64,000 bases of DNA from Rhizobiales bacterium 63-22 (GCA_001898995.1 MKVZ01000004.1:109115-173114), one strand, 5' to 3'. Numbered from the stretch's first letter, positions 29,644-41,934 are shown. Notes: a model not told the origin generated them from the letters alone. A program made the numbers and translations.

Positions 29644-30690
29644 TCAGTTCCCTTGCGCCTGCCGGGGGAGGCCGGCGACCCGGTTGTCGCCGTTCACGAA
29701 GGCCATGTCGCGGGCGGTCAGTTCCACGTCGCGAATCTCGCGGTTGACCAGGAAATTCTCGGTCTCGATGGCGGTTTCGGCCAGTTCGATGCGCACGTCG
29801 AAACGGGTGCGGAACGCCGCGATGATCTCGTCCACGATGATTTCCGGGGCGGAGGCGCCGGCGGAAAGGCCGACCACGGCGATATCGCCGATCCTGTCCC
29901 ATTCGATGTCGGCGGCGCGCTGCACCAGCATGGACTGGCGCGCGCCCGCTTTCTCCGCCACCTCGACCAGCCGCTTGGAGTTGGACGAATTGGGGGCGCC
30001 GACGATCAGGAACAGGTCGCAGCCGGGGGCTGCGGCGCGCACGGCGTCCTGCCGGTTGGTGGTGGCGTAGCAGATCGATTCGGCCGCAGGTGCCGCCAGA
30101 TTCGGAAACCGCGCCTGCAATTCGGCGATGATGCCGGCCGTGTCGTCCACGGAAAGCGTGGTCTGGGTGACGAAGCCGAGATTGTCCTCGTCGGCGAAAC
30201 GGCAGTTGCGCGCGTCCTCCACCGTCTCGATCAGCGTCACCGCGCCCTCGGGCAGTTGCCCCATGGTGCCGATGACCTCCGGGTGGCCCGAATGACCGAT
30301 CAGGATGACATGGCGGCCAAGCCGCTGGTGACGCATGGCCTGCTTGTGGACCTTGGAGACCAGCGGACAGGTGGCATCGAGATAGAACAGGTTCTTCGCC
30401 GCCGCGTCGGCGGGCACGGATTTCGGCACGCCATGGGCGGAGAACACCACCGGCTGGTCGCGATGCTCGGCCGGAATCTCGTCCAGTTCCTCGACGAAGA
30501 CGGCGCCGCGGGCCTGCAATCCCTCGACCACATAGCGGTTATGCACGATCTCGTGGCGCACATAGACCGGCGCGCCGTATTTCTTCAGCGCCAGCACGAC
30601 GATCTGGATGGCCCGGTCGACGCCTGCGCAAAAGCCGCGCGGGCCGCAAAGGCGTATCTCCAGCGGAGGGCGGGGTTCGGTCATGCTCAT
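29644..30690 (-). CDS. ispH: 4-hydroxy-3-methylbut-2-enyl diphosphate reductase
   Basis: [56 protein letters not shown]. Confidence 0.97.
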   Translation of the reverse strand: MSMTEPRPPLEIRLCGPRGFCAGVDRAIQIVVLALKKYGAPVYVRHEIVHNRYVVEGLQARGAVFVEELDEIPAEHRDQPVVFSAHGVPKSVPADAAAKNLFYLDATCPLVSKVHKQAMRHQRLGRHVILIGHSGHPEVIGTMGQLPEGAVTLIETVEDARNCRFADEDNLGFVTQTTLSVDDTAGIIAELQARFPNLAAPAAESICYATTNRQDAVRAAAPGCDLFLIVGAPNSSNSKRLVEVAEKAGARQSMLVQRAADIEWDRIGDIAVVGLSAGASAPEIIVDEIIAAFRTRFDVRIELAETAIETENFLVNREIRDVELTARDMAFVNGDNRVAGLPRQAQGN

Positions 30691-30744
30691 GCGCTCGCTT
30701 CGTTTCGGGGTACAAGGTCTAGTTGGGCCGCGCGGGGCGCGGCG

Positions 30745-31509
30745 TCAAGTCCCTTTCCGATAGCGCCATAGCCATGTGCCGACAACCCCCAGCAGCGCAA
30801 GGGCAAGGCCGTACCACGTAATCGCATATTGCAGATGGTTGTTGGGGAAGTCGATGATGGTCACGCCGCCGATGGGCAGGATGCCCGGATTGGGCGTATT
30901 GTCGGCATCGACGAAGAAGGGCAGCACGGTGGCGCCCGCCGGCAGGCCCGCGCTCGCCGCCATGGCGTCGCGATCCTTCCAGTAGAAGACGTTCTTGGCG
31001 ATGTCGTTGTCGGGCACGAACCATGACGGCTTGGCGGCAAGCGGGTCGCGCGCAAGGCCCGTCACCGTCACCGGGCCGGAGGGAAGGCCGGCGGGGCGCG
31101 TCGCCGGGTCCTTGCGGTCGTAAGGCACGAAGCCGCGATTGACCAGCACGAAGCGCCCGTCGGCGAGCCGCAGCGGCGTATAGACGTCGAAACCGGCCGC
31201 GCCGTGCCATGTCGACAGGAAATAGCGTTCGCCCCGGTTGAAGAAAGTGCCGGTGAGCGTGACCGGGCGGTATTCGACCGTGCCGTCGCGCCGGTAGATA
31301 TCCTCGACCGCGGCGAGCGGCAGCGGCTTTTCATGGATGCGCTGCTCGGTGGAGGCGATCAGCGCCTCTTTCCACGCAAGCCGCCTCACCTGCCATGTGC
31401 CGAGCGAAAGCAGGATCGCCAGCGCGATGACGGAGGAGACGACGACACCCCACGGGAACCGGCGCCGCGCCGGGCCGGTGGCCGTTGCCGCTGTGGTTTT
31501 CCCGGTCAT
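30745..31509 (-). CDS. SURF1/Shy1 family protein
   Basis: LG.WQV.RL.WK, VLVNRGFVP, NNHLQYAITWYGLA. ATG overlaps the DUF983 stop. Confidence 0.93.
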   Translation of the reverse strand: MTGKTTAATATGPARRRFPWGVVVSSVIALAILLSLGTWQVRRLAWKEALIASTEQRIHEKPLPLAAVEDIYRRDGTVEYRPVTLTGTFFNRGERYFLSTWHGAAGFDVYTPLRLADGRFVLVNRGFVPYDRKDPATRPAGLPSGPVTVTGLARDPLAAKPSWFVPDNDIAKNVFYWKDRDAMAASAGLPAGATVLPFFVDADNTPNPGILPIGGVTIIDFPNNHLQYAITWYGLALALLGVVGTWLWRYRKGT

Positions 31510-31889
31510 TTGTCGCCGTCCAACCGCCCCTGTGCGGCCTTGTGGCGGTATTGCATGTTGATGAGAATGCCCTTCATCCAGCGCATCGCGACAAGGCTTA
31601 GGACGATCGCCAGCGGCACCCAGAGCACGAAATGCACCCAGAGCGGCGGGCTGTAATTCACCTCCATCCACAGCGCCAGCCCCACCACGACGAAGCCGAT
31701 GATTAGGATGACGAAAGCGGCGGGACCGTCGCCGGAATCGGCGAAGGAATAATCGAGGCCGCAGGCATTGCAGCGCGGCGCGACCTTGAGGAATCCCTCG
31801 AACAGCCGCCCCTCGCCGCAGCGCGGGCAGCGCCCGGCAATGCCGCTTTTGACCGGATCCACCGGCGGATAGAGGTTCTGATCCGGCAT
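31506..31889 (-). CDS. DUF983 membrane protein
   Basis: GRCPRCGEG.LF.GFL....C..CG, DSGDGPA, PPLWVH..LW.P. Confidence 0.9.
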   Translation of the reverse strand: MPDQNLYPPVDPVKSGIAGRCPRCGEGRLFEGFLKVAPRCNACGLDYSFADSGDGPAAFVILIIGFVVVGLALWMEVNYSPPLWVHFVLWVPLAIVLSLVAMRWMKGILINMQYRHKAAQGRLDGDK

Positions 31890-31899
31890 GGCGTACCCG

Positions 31900-32778
31900 T
31901 CAGCCGGCGTGCAGCGGCGCGCCCCATCCGCCCCAGACATAGATGGCGAAGAAGAGGAACAGCCAGACCACGTCCACGAAGTGCCAGTACCAGGCCGCCG
32001 CCTCGAAGCCGAAATGGTTTTTCGGCGAGAAGTCGCCGCCGATGCCGCGGAACAGACAGACGGCGAGGAAGATGGTGCCGATGATGACGTGGAAACCGTG
32101 GAAGCCGGTCGCCATGAAGAAGGTCGCGCCGTAGATCGAGTTCTTGAAGGCGAAGGGCGCGTGCATGTATTCATAGCCCTGCACGGAGGTGAACAGCAGG
32201 CCGAGCAGCACGGTGATGGTGAGGCCCGTCAGCATGCCCTTGCGGTCGTTATGCAAGAGCGCGTGGTGCGCCCATGTCAGCGTCGAGCCGGAAAGCAGCA
32301 GGATCACCGTGTTGTAGAGCGGCAGGTGCAGCGGGTCGAGCACCTCGATGCCCTTCGGCGGCCACTGGCCGCCGGTGAAGGCGACGCGCGCCACCTGGTT
32401 CGCCTCGTTGGTGAACAGGCTGGCGTCGAAGAAGGCCCAGAACCACGCCACGAAGAACATCACCTCGGAGGCGATGAACATGATCATGCCGTAGCGCAGA
32501 TGCAGCGAGACGACGCGCGTATGGTGGCCCTCATGGCCTTCCTTGATCGTGTCGGACCACCAGCCGAACATGCAGTAGAGAATGATGGCGAGACCGATGA
32601 AGAAAATCCACGGCGTCGCGATCTGCAAGCCGAAGAACGGTATGTCGCTGGAGTTCAGGTAGCGCATCCATGCGATGCCGCCGACCGCCAGCACGAAGGC
32701 GCCGATCGAACTCAGGAACGGCCACGGGCTTGGCGCGATGATGTGATAGTCGTGATTCTTCTGGTGTATGTCCGCCAT
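31900..32778 (-). CDS. ctaE: Cytochrome c oxidase subunit III
   Basis: HDYH...PSPWP, FIASEVMFF, NT.ILL.SG, FFMATGFHG.HV, AAWYWHFVDVVW. Confidence 0.96.
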   Translation of the reverse strand: MADIHQKNHDYHIIAPSPWPFLSSIGAFVLAVGGIAWMRYLNSSDIPFFGLQIATPWIFFIGLAIILYCMFGWWSDTIKEGHEGHHTRVVSLHLRYGMIMFIASEVMFFVAWFWAFFDASLFTNEANQVARVAFTGGQWPPKGIEVLDPLHLPLYNTVILLLSGSTLTWAHHALLHNDRKGMLTGLTITVLLGLLFTSVQGYEYMHAPFAFKNSIYGATFFMATGFHGFHVIIGTIFLAVCLFRGIGGDFSPKNHFGFEAAAWYWHFVDVVWLFLFFAIYVWGGWGAPLHAG

Positions 32779-32930
32779 GTCTCTTCCCGAAGCTCCTCTC
32801 CTGCCCTCCCGCCGCCACGCGCGCGGCACGGATGCGTATTCCGTTATGGTAAAACCACTCCGCCCGTTTGTCCTTGCGGCATTAAATCGCTTTTCGGCCC
32901 GATCTCCAATGGACCGTTATCACCACCGCC

Positions 32931-33539
32931 TCAACTCCCGCTGCCCGTGCCGCCTTCCGCCGTCACGACCGGTTTCGGCTTCGGGATCGGGAAGAAGGTA
33001 TAGGAAAGCGTGATCGTCTTGACGTCCTTCAGGTCTGGATCCTTGACGATGTCGGGATCGACGAAGAACACCACCGGCATTTCCCGTTTCTCGCCCGGCT
33101 TCAGCGTCGTGTCGGTGAAGCAGAAACATTCCACCTTGTCGAAATAGGCTCCGACATTGCCCGGCGACACGTTGAAGCTGGCGCGGCCGTAGGTCTCCCG
33201 GTCGGAAAGGTTGTGCGCCTCGTACTTGATCATCGTCGTCTCGCCGATGCGCAGCGTCACCTCGCGCTGCACCGGCTTGAAATCCCACGGAACCCCTTTG
33301 TCCGTATTGGCATCGAAGCGTACATTGATGGTCTTGTCGAGGATGGTGTCGGAATATTGCCGAACGCGCTGCGTCGTGCCGGCATAGCCCGTGGCCTGGC
33401 AGAAGACCCGATAAAGCGGCACCGCGGCGTAGGCCGCGCCGATCATGCAGACGAGAAAGGCAACGCAGGCGGTCGCCACCGTCGCATTGGAGCGCTGCTG
33501 GCGTTGCAGCTTGGTCTGTATTTCCTCCCCGTCTCCCAT
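32931..33539 (-). CDS. ctaG: Cytochrome c oxidase assembly copper chaperone Cox11
   Basis: AAVPLYR.FCQATG..GT, F.KVECFCF, MPVVFFVDP. Confidence 0.95.
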   Translation of the reverse strand: MGDGEEIQTKLQRQQRSNATVATACVAFLVCMIGAAYAAVPLYRVFCQATGYAGTTQRVRQYSDTILDKTINVRFDANTDKGVPWDFKPVQREVTLRIGETTMIKYEAHNLSDRETYGRASFNVSPGNVGAYFDKVECFCFTDTTLKPGEKREMPVVFFVDPDIVKDPDLKDVKTITLSYTFFPIPKPKPVVTAEGGTGSGS

Positions 33540-33560
33540 ACCGTTCTCCCCGATGCGTCG

Positions 33561-33719
33561 TCAGCCCGTATGCGCGAGGAAATTCGCGCCCAGCTTGGCC
33601 ATGGTGCCGAGATAGACCAGCACCACGAACAGGATCAGCGCGATGGCCAGCCCCCACGAGCGGTTGCGCTGCGCCTTCCTCTGGCGTTCCGTCGGCGTGA
33701 CCAGTTCGAGCTTTTCCAT
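33561..33719 (-). CDS. Small membrane protein of the cox cluster (CoxF-like, 52 aa)
   Basis: Basic RQRKAQRNRS followed by one TM helix. ATG overlaps the ctaB stop. Confidence 0.7.
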   Translation of the reverse strand: MEKLELVTPTERQRKAQRNRSWGLAIALILFVVLVYLGTMAKLGANFLAHTG

Positions 33720-34678
33720 CACATCACTCCGAGGGATTGCCCAAAAGCCTGAAAAGCCTTCACCGCCAGCGTCTCGGCCAGCATGACCGCGAAAAGTCCC
33801 GACAGGTAGATGAGCGAGAAACGGAACAGCTTGCGCGCGGCGGCGAGCATCTGCGGCTGCGAACCGGCAACGAGCAGCCGCCATGCGTACCAGACGAAGG
33901 TAAGGCCGAGCAGCAGCGACACCGCGCCGTAGACCGGCCCGGCGAAGCCCATGACCCATGGCAGCACGCCGACCGCGGCCATCGGCACCGCATAGGCCAG
34001 CGCCTGCCGGCGGGTCGAAAGCTCGCCCTTGACGTTGGGCATCATCGGGATGCGCGCGGCCTCGTAATCGTTGGTGGTGAAAAGCGACAGCGCCCAGAAA
34101 TGCGGCGGCGTCCACAGGAAGATGATCATGAACAGGACGAGGCTGTCCCATGTGATCTGGCCGGTGGCGGCGGCCCAGCCGATCATCGGCGGGAAAGCGC
34201 CGGCGGCACCCCCGATGACGATGTTCTGCGGCGTCGAGCGCTTGAGCCACATCGTATAGATGACGGCATAGAAGAAGATGGTGAAGGCGAGGAGCGCCGC
34301 GGCGAGCCAGTTGACCATGAGGCCGAGCGTCACCACCGAAAAGGCGGCCAGCGTCAGCCCGAAGGCCAGAACCTGCCCCGGCGCGATCACGCCCGCCGGG
34401 ACGGGCCGGTTGCGCGTGCGCTTCATCACCGCGTCGATGTCGGCGTCGTACCACATGTTGAGCGCGCCCGAGGCGCCCGCGCCGACCGCGATGCACAAGA
34501 TGCTGATGGCGGCGAGAACCGGGTTCATGTGGCCCGGCGCGACGACGAGGCCGACCAGCCCCGTGAACACGACCAGCGACATGACACGCGGTTTCAGCAG
34601 CACGATGTAATCGCGCGCCGTCGCTTCGGAGAGCGCGAAACCGTCGTCGGAAACCAGGTTCTTTTCCACCAGAGACAT
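33719..34678 (-). CDS. ctaB: Heme O synthase (protoheme IX farnesyltransferase)
   Basis: [41 protein letters not shown]. Confidence 0.96.
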   Translation of the reverse strand: MSLVEKNLVSDDGFALSEATARDYIVLLKPRVMSLVVFTGLVGLVVAPGHMNPVLAAISILCIAVGAGASGALNMWYDADIDAVMKRTRNRPVPAGVIAPGQVLAFGLTLAAFSVVTLGLMVNWLAAALLAFTIFFYAVIYTMWLKRSTPQNIVIGGAAGAFPPMIGWAAATGQITWDSLVLFMIIFLWTPPHFWALSLFTTNDYEAARIPMMPNVKGELSTRRQALAYAVPMAAVGVLPWVMGFAGPVYGAVSLLLGLTFVWYAWRLLVAGSQPQMLAAARKLFRFSLIYLSGLFAVMLAETLAVKAFQAFGQSLGVM

Positions 34679-34777
34679 TGTAACTTCAAAGACCTCGAAT
34701 GCTGCGATCCATGCCCGATCCGTCCAGAATGGCACCGGGACGATATCGGCGCTGCCCGCACATATCATAACAGGCCC

Positions 34778-34812
34778 GAAGGGCGAAGCTTTTCGTCAAG
34801 CCTTCGCCCTTC
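34778..34812 (-). terminator. Hairpin downstream of ctaD
   Basis: GAAGGGCGAAG / CTTCGCCCTTC stem. Confidence 0.55.
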
Positions 34813-34824
34813 ACGAGTTTTCGA

Positions 34825-36501
<1,677 letters not shown>

Positions 36502-36646
36502 TCAACTGCTTCCTGCGTCCTCGCGCATACCCCACCGGGTTTCAAGAGCGCCGATCCGCAGTCGGTTCATCATAAGCGCCCCCGCCTCCCGCGGCGGGCG
36601 CAGAAACAAATCCGGCCACCGGGCGAGCCGATGCCGGGCGGGGCCG

Positions 36647-37597
36647 TCAAAGCCCCGTGCTGGTGGGCTCCGCCGCAGCCACCTTGTCCTTCGCCGCCGG
36701 CCCGTCGGTCGCCGCCTGCAACGCCTTGTAGGCGCCGGGCAGGTCCGTGGCCGCCGTGGCGAGCCATGTCTTGTACTGGTCCTGCGATACGACCCGCACC
36801 GCGATCGGCATGAAGGCATGATCCTTGCCGCACAATTGCGAGCACTGGCCGTAGAACAGGCCTTCCTTGTCGGCCTTGAACCAGGTTTCGTTGACGCGGC
36901 CGGGTATGGCATCCATCTTGACGCCGAAAGACGGCACCGTCCAGGCGTGGATCACGTCGGCGCCCGTGACCAGCAAGCGCACCGTCTCGTTCACCGGAAC
37001 GACCAGCTCGTTATCCACGGTCAGAAGGCGCGGATAGCGGGCGCGGTCCTCCTTGCCGGCGGCGGCGCGGTCGCTGTCCTTCATGATCGTGGAATCGAAG
37101 GACAGCGGCTTGCCGGCAAGCTGGTACTGGTAGGTCCAGTACCACTGGTTCCCGGTCGCCTTCACGGTCAGTTGCGGGTCGCCGGGCGAATATTGCTCCG
37201 TCAGAAGCTGGAACGAAGGCACCGCGATGAAAAGAAGCACGATGACCGGGCCGATGGTCCAGATCACCTCGATCAGCGTGTTGTGGCTCGTCTTCGACGG
37301 CTCCGGGTTGACGCTGGCGCGGAAGCGCAGGATGCACCACAGGAGCAGGACCAGCACCAGAAGCGTGATCGGTACGATGAACCAGAGCGTATAGCCCTCG
37401 AACCAGTGAATCTGCGCGGCGATGCCCGATGCCGGGTCCTGCAACCGCATCTCCCACGGGCGCGGCTGATCGGCCAATGCGGCGCCGCCCGTCAGCAGCG
37501 TGGCGAGAATACCGCCGGTAACGCCTTTGCCCCATACACCCTTGCCCCGGACACCTCTTCCCATGACGCCCTTCATCGTGGCAATGATCCTCTCCAC
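36647..37597 (-). CDS. ctaC: Cytochrome c oxidase subunit II
   Basis: IEVIWT, GNQWYW.Y, DVIHAW, CuA motif CSQLCGKDHAFM. Start uncertain. Confidence 0.96.
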   Translation of the reverse strand: MERIIATMKGVMGRGVRGKGVWGKGVTGGILATLLTGGAALADQPRPWEMRLQDPASGIAAQIHWFEGYTLWFIVPITLLVLVLLLWCILRFRASVNPEPSKTSHNTLIEVIWTIGPVIVLLFIAVPSFQLLTEQYSPGDPQLTVKATGNQWYWTYQYQLAGKPLSFDSTIMKDSDRAAAGKEDRARYPRLLTVDNELVVPVNETVRLLVTGADVIHAWTVPSFGVKMDAIPGRVNETWFKADKEGLFYGQCSQLCGKDHAFMPIAVRVVSQDQYKTWLATAATDLPGAYKALQAATDGPAAKDKVAAAEPTSTGL

Positions 37598-38031
37598 CCG
37601 ATCTCTCTCCCTTTTCGCCCCTGCGGGCCGGCCCTTTTCGCCTTTTCAGGCGAGATGCCGGATGCCTGCAAGACAACCGCATCCCGTCCCGGACGGCCGT
37701 ATCCCTTGTCGGCGTTCAAATCACACCTTAGCGCACACCGCAAGGAAGGCGAATATGTTCCTGTGCGGCATTTTTGCGCGCGCCTCGATTGTGCTCCACA
37801 CCGCATATCGCATCCGGACGCGGCGAAAACCCGGGAAAAATATGCGAAACCCATAATGAAGCCACGATTTGTCCGGAGGTTCGCCGGGCATGCCGCGTGA
37901 TGCCGCGTGACAATCCGGGCGACAGGCAGTATCAACTTTGCGAGCCTGGCCGGAGACGAAATATTGTCGGAGAAATGTTGTCAGGGTGCCTTCCACGGCC
38001 TAACGTCCCGGTGATTCGATCTGGAGATTCC

Positions 38032-38706
38032 ATGGTTTTCCGCATGTCCGCCCGCCCAACGACGATGAAACGCCTCGCGATCGGCGTGGCGCTTTCGCTT
38101 GCAGCCGCCGTCCTGCCCGCCGCAGCGCAGAACCAGCCGGCCCAAAACCAGCCTGCACAGAACAAGCAACCGCCGGCGCAGCAGCAGGTTCCGGCGGCAC
38201 AATCTCCGGCTCCCCAGTCTCCGGCTCCCCAGTCTCCGGCGGCGGAGTCGACGGCGGCGCCGTCCATGCCGCAGCAGGGCGGCAAGCTGCGGTCCCAGCA
38301 CGGCGCATGGTCCATCCTCTGCGACACGCCCGCCGGCGCCAAGAACGAGCAGTGCGCGCTGATCCAGAACGTGGTGGCCGCCAAACGGCCTGAACTGGGG
38401 CTTTCGGTGGTCGTGCTGAAAACGGCGGATCACAAGGCGCGCATCCTGCGCGTGCTCGCGCCGCTCGGCGTGCTTCTGCCCAACGGGCTGGGCCTCAACG
38501 TCGACGGCAAGGATATCGGCCGCGCCTATTTCGTGCGCTGCTTCGAGGACGGCTGCTATGCGGAGGTGATTCTGGAGGACAGCCTCATCAAGACGCTGCG
38601 CAACGGCAAGACCGCCACCTTCGTCGTGTTCCAGACGCCGGAGGAAGGCGTCGGCATCCCGGTCGACCTGAAGGGGTTCGGCGAAGGCTTCGACGCCCTG
38701 CCCTGA
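38032..38706 (+). CDS. Invasion-associated locus B (IalB) family protein
   Basis: Signal peptide, Gln/Pro-rich linker, HGAWSILC, APLGVLLP.GL, FVRCF.DGCYAE. GGAGA RBS. Confidence 0.88.
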   Translation: MVFRMSARPTTMKRLAIGVALSLAAAVLPAAAQNQPAQNQPAQNKQPPAQQQVPAAQSPAPQSPAPQSPAAESTAAPSMPQQGGKLRSQHGAWSILCDTPAGAKNEQCALIQNVVAAKRPELGLSVVVLKTADHKARILRVLAPLGVLLPNGLGLNVDGKDIGRAYFVRCFEDGCYAEVILEDSLIKTLRNGKTATFVVFQTPEEGVGIPVDLKGFGEGFDALP

Positions 38707-38927
38707 GAACCGTCGATGTTCCGGCGCTGGCGGGCTGCAAACCGCATCCCGCTGCGCTTCCGGTGCTCATATACCCAAATACCCAAAAGTACACTCCGCT
38801 CCGGTTGTCGCGGCATACGGTTTTCGCCTCGCCATCACCAGAAGCTCAACAGTTCTCCATCTCGCGGTTGTCCTCGCCCGGTTTAAGGCTTACATCCGCA
38901 CATGTATTTGCTGCGGGATTTGTTTTG

Positions 38928-40340
38928 ATGAAAAGCCTGATCGACAGTTTCGACGCCGGCCGCGACGATATCGAGCGCCTCGTGGCCAGGAGCCTGCAGG
39001 GCAGCGACGACGGCGAACTCTTCATGGAATATCGTGAGGCGGAGGCGCTCGTCTTCGACAACGGCCGGCTCAAGACCGGCTCCTTCCATCAGGATCAGGG
39101 TTTCGGGCTGCGCGCCATCGCGGGCGAGGCTATCGGCTATGCCCATGCCGGCGAGCTTTCGCTGGCGGCGTTGAAGCGCGCCTCCGACGCGGTCTCGGCG
39201 ACGCTGAAAGGCCATGGCGGCACCTACAGCGCAGCGCCCGCCGGCACCAACCGGCATCTCTACACGGATGAAAATCCCATCGGCTCGCCTTCCTTCGACG
39301 CCAAGGTGCAGTTGCTGCAAAAGATCGACGCATGGCTGCGTGCGAAGGACCACAGGGTGCGGCAGGTTTCCGTCTCGCTCGCCGGTTCGTGGCAGCAGGT
39401 GGAAATCCTGCGCGCCGACGGCCATTTCGTGCGCGACATCCGCCCCATGGTGCGGCTTTCCGTGTCGGTGGTGGCGGGCGACGGCGACCGGCAGGAATCC
39501 GGCTCGCACACGGTCGGCGGGCGCAAGGGTTTCGGCGAATTCATCGCGGAGCATAGCTGGCAGCACGCCGCCGGCGAGGCGCTGCGGCAGGCGCTGGTCA
39601 ATCTGGAGGCGATCCCCGCCCCTGCCGGCACCTTCGACATCGTGCTCGCCAACGGCTGGCCGGGCGTGATGCTGCACGAGGCGGTCGGCCACGGGCTGGA
39701 GGGCGATTTCAACCGCAAGAAGACTTCCGCCTTCGCCGGACTGATGGGCGAGCAGGTAGCGGCGAAAGGCGTGACCGTGGTGGACGACGGCACCATCGCC
39801 GAGCGGCGCGGCTCGCTGACCATCGACGACGAGGGCACGCCCACAAACCGCACCGTGCTGATCGAGGACGGCAAGCTGGTCAACTACATGCAGGACCGGC
39901 AGAACGCCCGCCTGATGGGCATGGCGCCCACCGGCAACGGGCGGCGCGAATCCTACGCGCATGCGCCGATGCCGCGCATGACCAACACCTACATGCTGTC
40001 CGGCGACAAGTCGCCGGAGGAGATCATCGCCTCGATGAAGAAGGGCATCTATGCCGTGTCGTTCGGCGGCGGCCAGGTGGACATCACCTCGGGCAAGTTC
40101 GTGTTCGGCTGCACGGAAGCCTACATGATCGAGAACGGCAAGGTGGGCGCGCCGGTCAAGGGCGCGATGCTGATCGGCAACGGGCCGGACGCCATGCGCC
40201 GCATCTCCATGATCGGCAACGACATGAAGCTCGACACGGGCAGCGGCAATTGCGGCAAGGGCGGGCAATGGGTGCCGGTCGGCGTCGGCCAGCCGCATCT
40301 CAGAATGGATCAGGTGACGGTGGGCGGCACGGCAGTGTAG
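38928..40340 (+). CDS. tldD: Metalloprotease TldD
   Basis: DDGELF.E, HEAVGHGLEGDFNRK, DDEG, GNGRRESY...PMPRMTNTY, GVGQP. Confidence 0.96.
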   Translation: MKSLIDSFDAGRDDIERLVARSLQGSDDGELFMEYREAEALVFDNGRLKTGSFHQDQGFGLRAIAGEAIGYAHAGELSLAALKRASDAVSATLKGHGGTYSAAPAGTNRHLYTDENPIGSPSFDAKVQLLQKIDAWLRAKDHRVRQVSVSLAGSWQQVEILRADGHFVRDIRPMVRLSVSVVAGDGDRQESGSHTVGGRKGFGEFIAEHSWQHAAGEALRQALVNLEAIPAPAGTFDIVLANGWPGVMLHEAVGHGLEGDFNRKKTSAFAGLMGEQVAAKGVTVVDDGTIAERRGSLTIDDEGTPTNRTVLIEDGKLVNYMQDRQNARLMGMAPTGNGRRESYAHAPMPRMTNTYMLSGDKSPEEIIASMKKGIYAVSFGGGQVDITSGKFVFGCTEAYMIENGKVGAPVKGAMLIGNGPDAMRRISMIGNDMKLDTGSGNCGKGGQWVPVGVGQPHLRMDQVTVGGTAV

Positions 40341-40379
40341 GATCGCGGCGTCCATCCCGATTCCCGCGAGGCCTTTTTC

Positions 40380-40949
40380 ATGAACAGTCCGAACCATCAG
40401 AACGACCGCCGTGTTCTCGTCATCATGGGCAGCGTGCGCGCCGGCCGACACTGCCCGCAGATTACCGAGTGGGTGGTCGGCATCGCCCGGCAGACGGACG
40501 GCCTTTCGTTCGAGACGATCGACCTGCGCGACTGGCATCTGCCGCTCGACGACGAGCCGGCGATCCCCGCGCAGGGCAGCTACAACCAGCCCCACACCAA
40601 GGCGTGGAGCGAGAAGGTCGCCGGCGCCGACGCGGTCGTTATCGTCACGCCGCAATATAACTGGGGCTACCCGGCGGTGCTGAAAAACGCGCTCGACCAT
40701 CTTTACGCCGAATGGCGCGACAAGCCGCTGCTGATCGTCACCTATGGCGGCCATGGCGGCGTCAAATGCGCCGCGCAGCTCCGGCAGGTGGCCGAGGCCC
40801 TCAAGATGAAACCGTGCGCGACCATGCCCGCCCTCACCATCAGCCACGAGGCCATCATCGGCGGCAGGCTCGATGCCGGAAAGGACCTGCTGGCCTTCGA
40901 GGCCTCGGTGATCGAGGCCGTCGGGGAACTGAAAGAGGCGCTGTCATAG
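40380..40949 (+). CDS. NAD(P)H-dependent FMN reductase
   Basis: GSVRAGR, DAVVIVTPQYNWGYPAVLKNALD.L..EW..KP, YGGHGG. Confidence 0.92.
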   Translation: MNSPNHQNDRRVLVIMGSVRAGRHCPQITEWVVGIARQTDGLSFETIDLRDWHLPLDDEPAIPAQGSYNQPHTKAWSEKVAGADAVVIVTPQYNWGYPAVLKNALDHLYAEWRDKPLLIVTYGGHGGVKCAAQLRQVAEALKMKPCATMPALTISHEAIIGGRLDAGKDLLAFEASVIEAVGELKEALS

Positions 40950-40989
40950 GTGACAGCGCGCGCATAAGGGAGTGACGGCGGTATGGCCT

Positions 40990-41925
40990 TCAGGGAAGTC
41001 CTGCCCCGTCCGCGCGCTCCCGCTGCTCCGTCACGTAATCGATGAAGGCACGCAGGGGTCTGGGCATGAAGCGGCTTGAGAAGTACAGGCGCGGACCGTC
41101 GAAGGCGGGCCACCAGTCGGCCAGAACCGGCAGCAGCGCCCCGCTCTCCAGATGCGGGTCGAGCCAGTTGCGGAACATATAGACCAGCCCGTGTCCGGCC
41201 ATGGCCAGATCGATCAGCGCCGTCGAGCCCGGCGTCCCGATGACGATGCGGGCTGGCGGATCGACCACCAGCGTCTCGCCGTCCCTGGCAAACTCCCATT
41301 CGGACATCGCGCCGCTCGCAAAGCGTGTGCGTATGCAGTCATGGTCCAGAACGTCCGCCGGATGCCGCGGCACGCCGCGCCGTTCCAGATAGGCGGGCGC
41401 GGCGGCCAGCGCGCCCCATTGCCTGCGGGGGCCGATCGGCACCGCGATCATGTCCTGCGCCAGATGCTCGCCATAACGTATGCCCGCGTCGCAGCCGGCC
41501 GCGTTGATGTCGATGAGCCGGTCGTCCACCATCACCTCGATCTGCACGCCCGGATGCGCGGCGAGAAACCCGCCGATCAGCGGCGGCAGGATGTCGGTCA
41601 TCACCGCGCCCGGCACGTTCAGCCTGAGCCGCCCCCGCACCTCGCTTTGCGAACTGGCGGCGTCGTCGAGCGCGGCGCGGGCTTCCGCCATCACCGGCCC
41701 GATGCGTTCGGCCAGGGCATGTCCCGCCTCGGTGAGCCGCACGCTGCGCGTGGTACGGGTGAAAAGCGGCACGCCGATGCGCGCCTCCAGCCGCGAAACC
41801 GTCTCGCTGACCATGGCCGGAGAAACGCGCAGCCAGCGCGCCGCCGTGCGGAACCCGCCCGATCGGGCGACGGCCAGAAAGACCGACAGGTCATCGAGGG
41901 GCAGCAATTGATTATTGTTCGCCAT
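40990..41925 (-). CDS. LysR-family transcriptional regulator
   Basis: L..F..VA..GGF..AA..L......VS..V.RLE..IG..LF.RTTRSV.LTEAG, DAGIRYG substrate domain. Confidence 0.93.
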   Translation of the reverse strand: MANNNQLLPLDDLSVFLAVARSGGFRTAARWLRVSPAMVSETVSRLEARIGVPLFTRTTRSVRLTEAGHALAERIGPVMAEARAALDDAASSQSEVRGRLRLNVPGAVMTDILPPLIGGFLAAHPGVQIEVMVDDRLIDINAAGCDAGIRYGEHLAQDMIAVPIGPRRQWGALAAAPAYLERRGVPRHPADVLDHDCIRTRFASGAMSEWEFARDGETLVVDPPARIVIGTPGSTALIDLAMAGHGLVYMFRNWLDPHLESGALLPVLADWWPAFDGPRLYFSSRFMPRPLRAFIDYVTEQRERADGAGLP

Positions 41926-41934
41926 GGCGAACAA
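41915..41934. promoter_or_regulatory. Perfect 20-bp palindrome over the LysR start codon (candidate LTTR box)
   Basis: TTGTTCGCCATGGCGAACAA, containing T-N11-A (41918/41930). Confidence 0.6.

Noticed and set aside
37706-37719. FNR/FixK-like TTGTC-N4-TTCAA upstream of ctaC
   Set aside because: Two mismatches from TTGAT-N4-ATCAA, which is too weak to call without conservation data.
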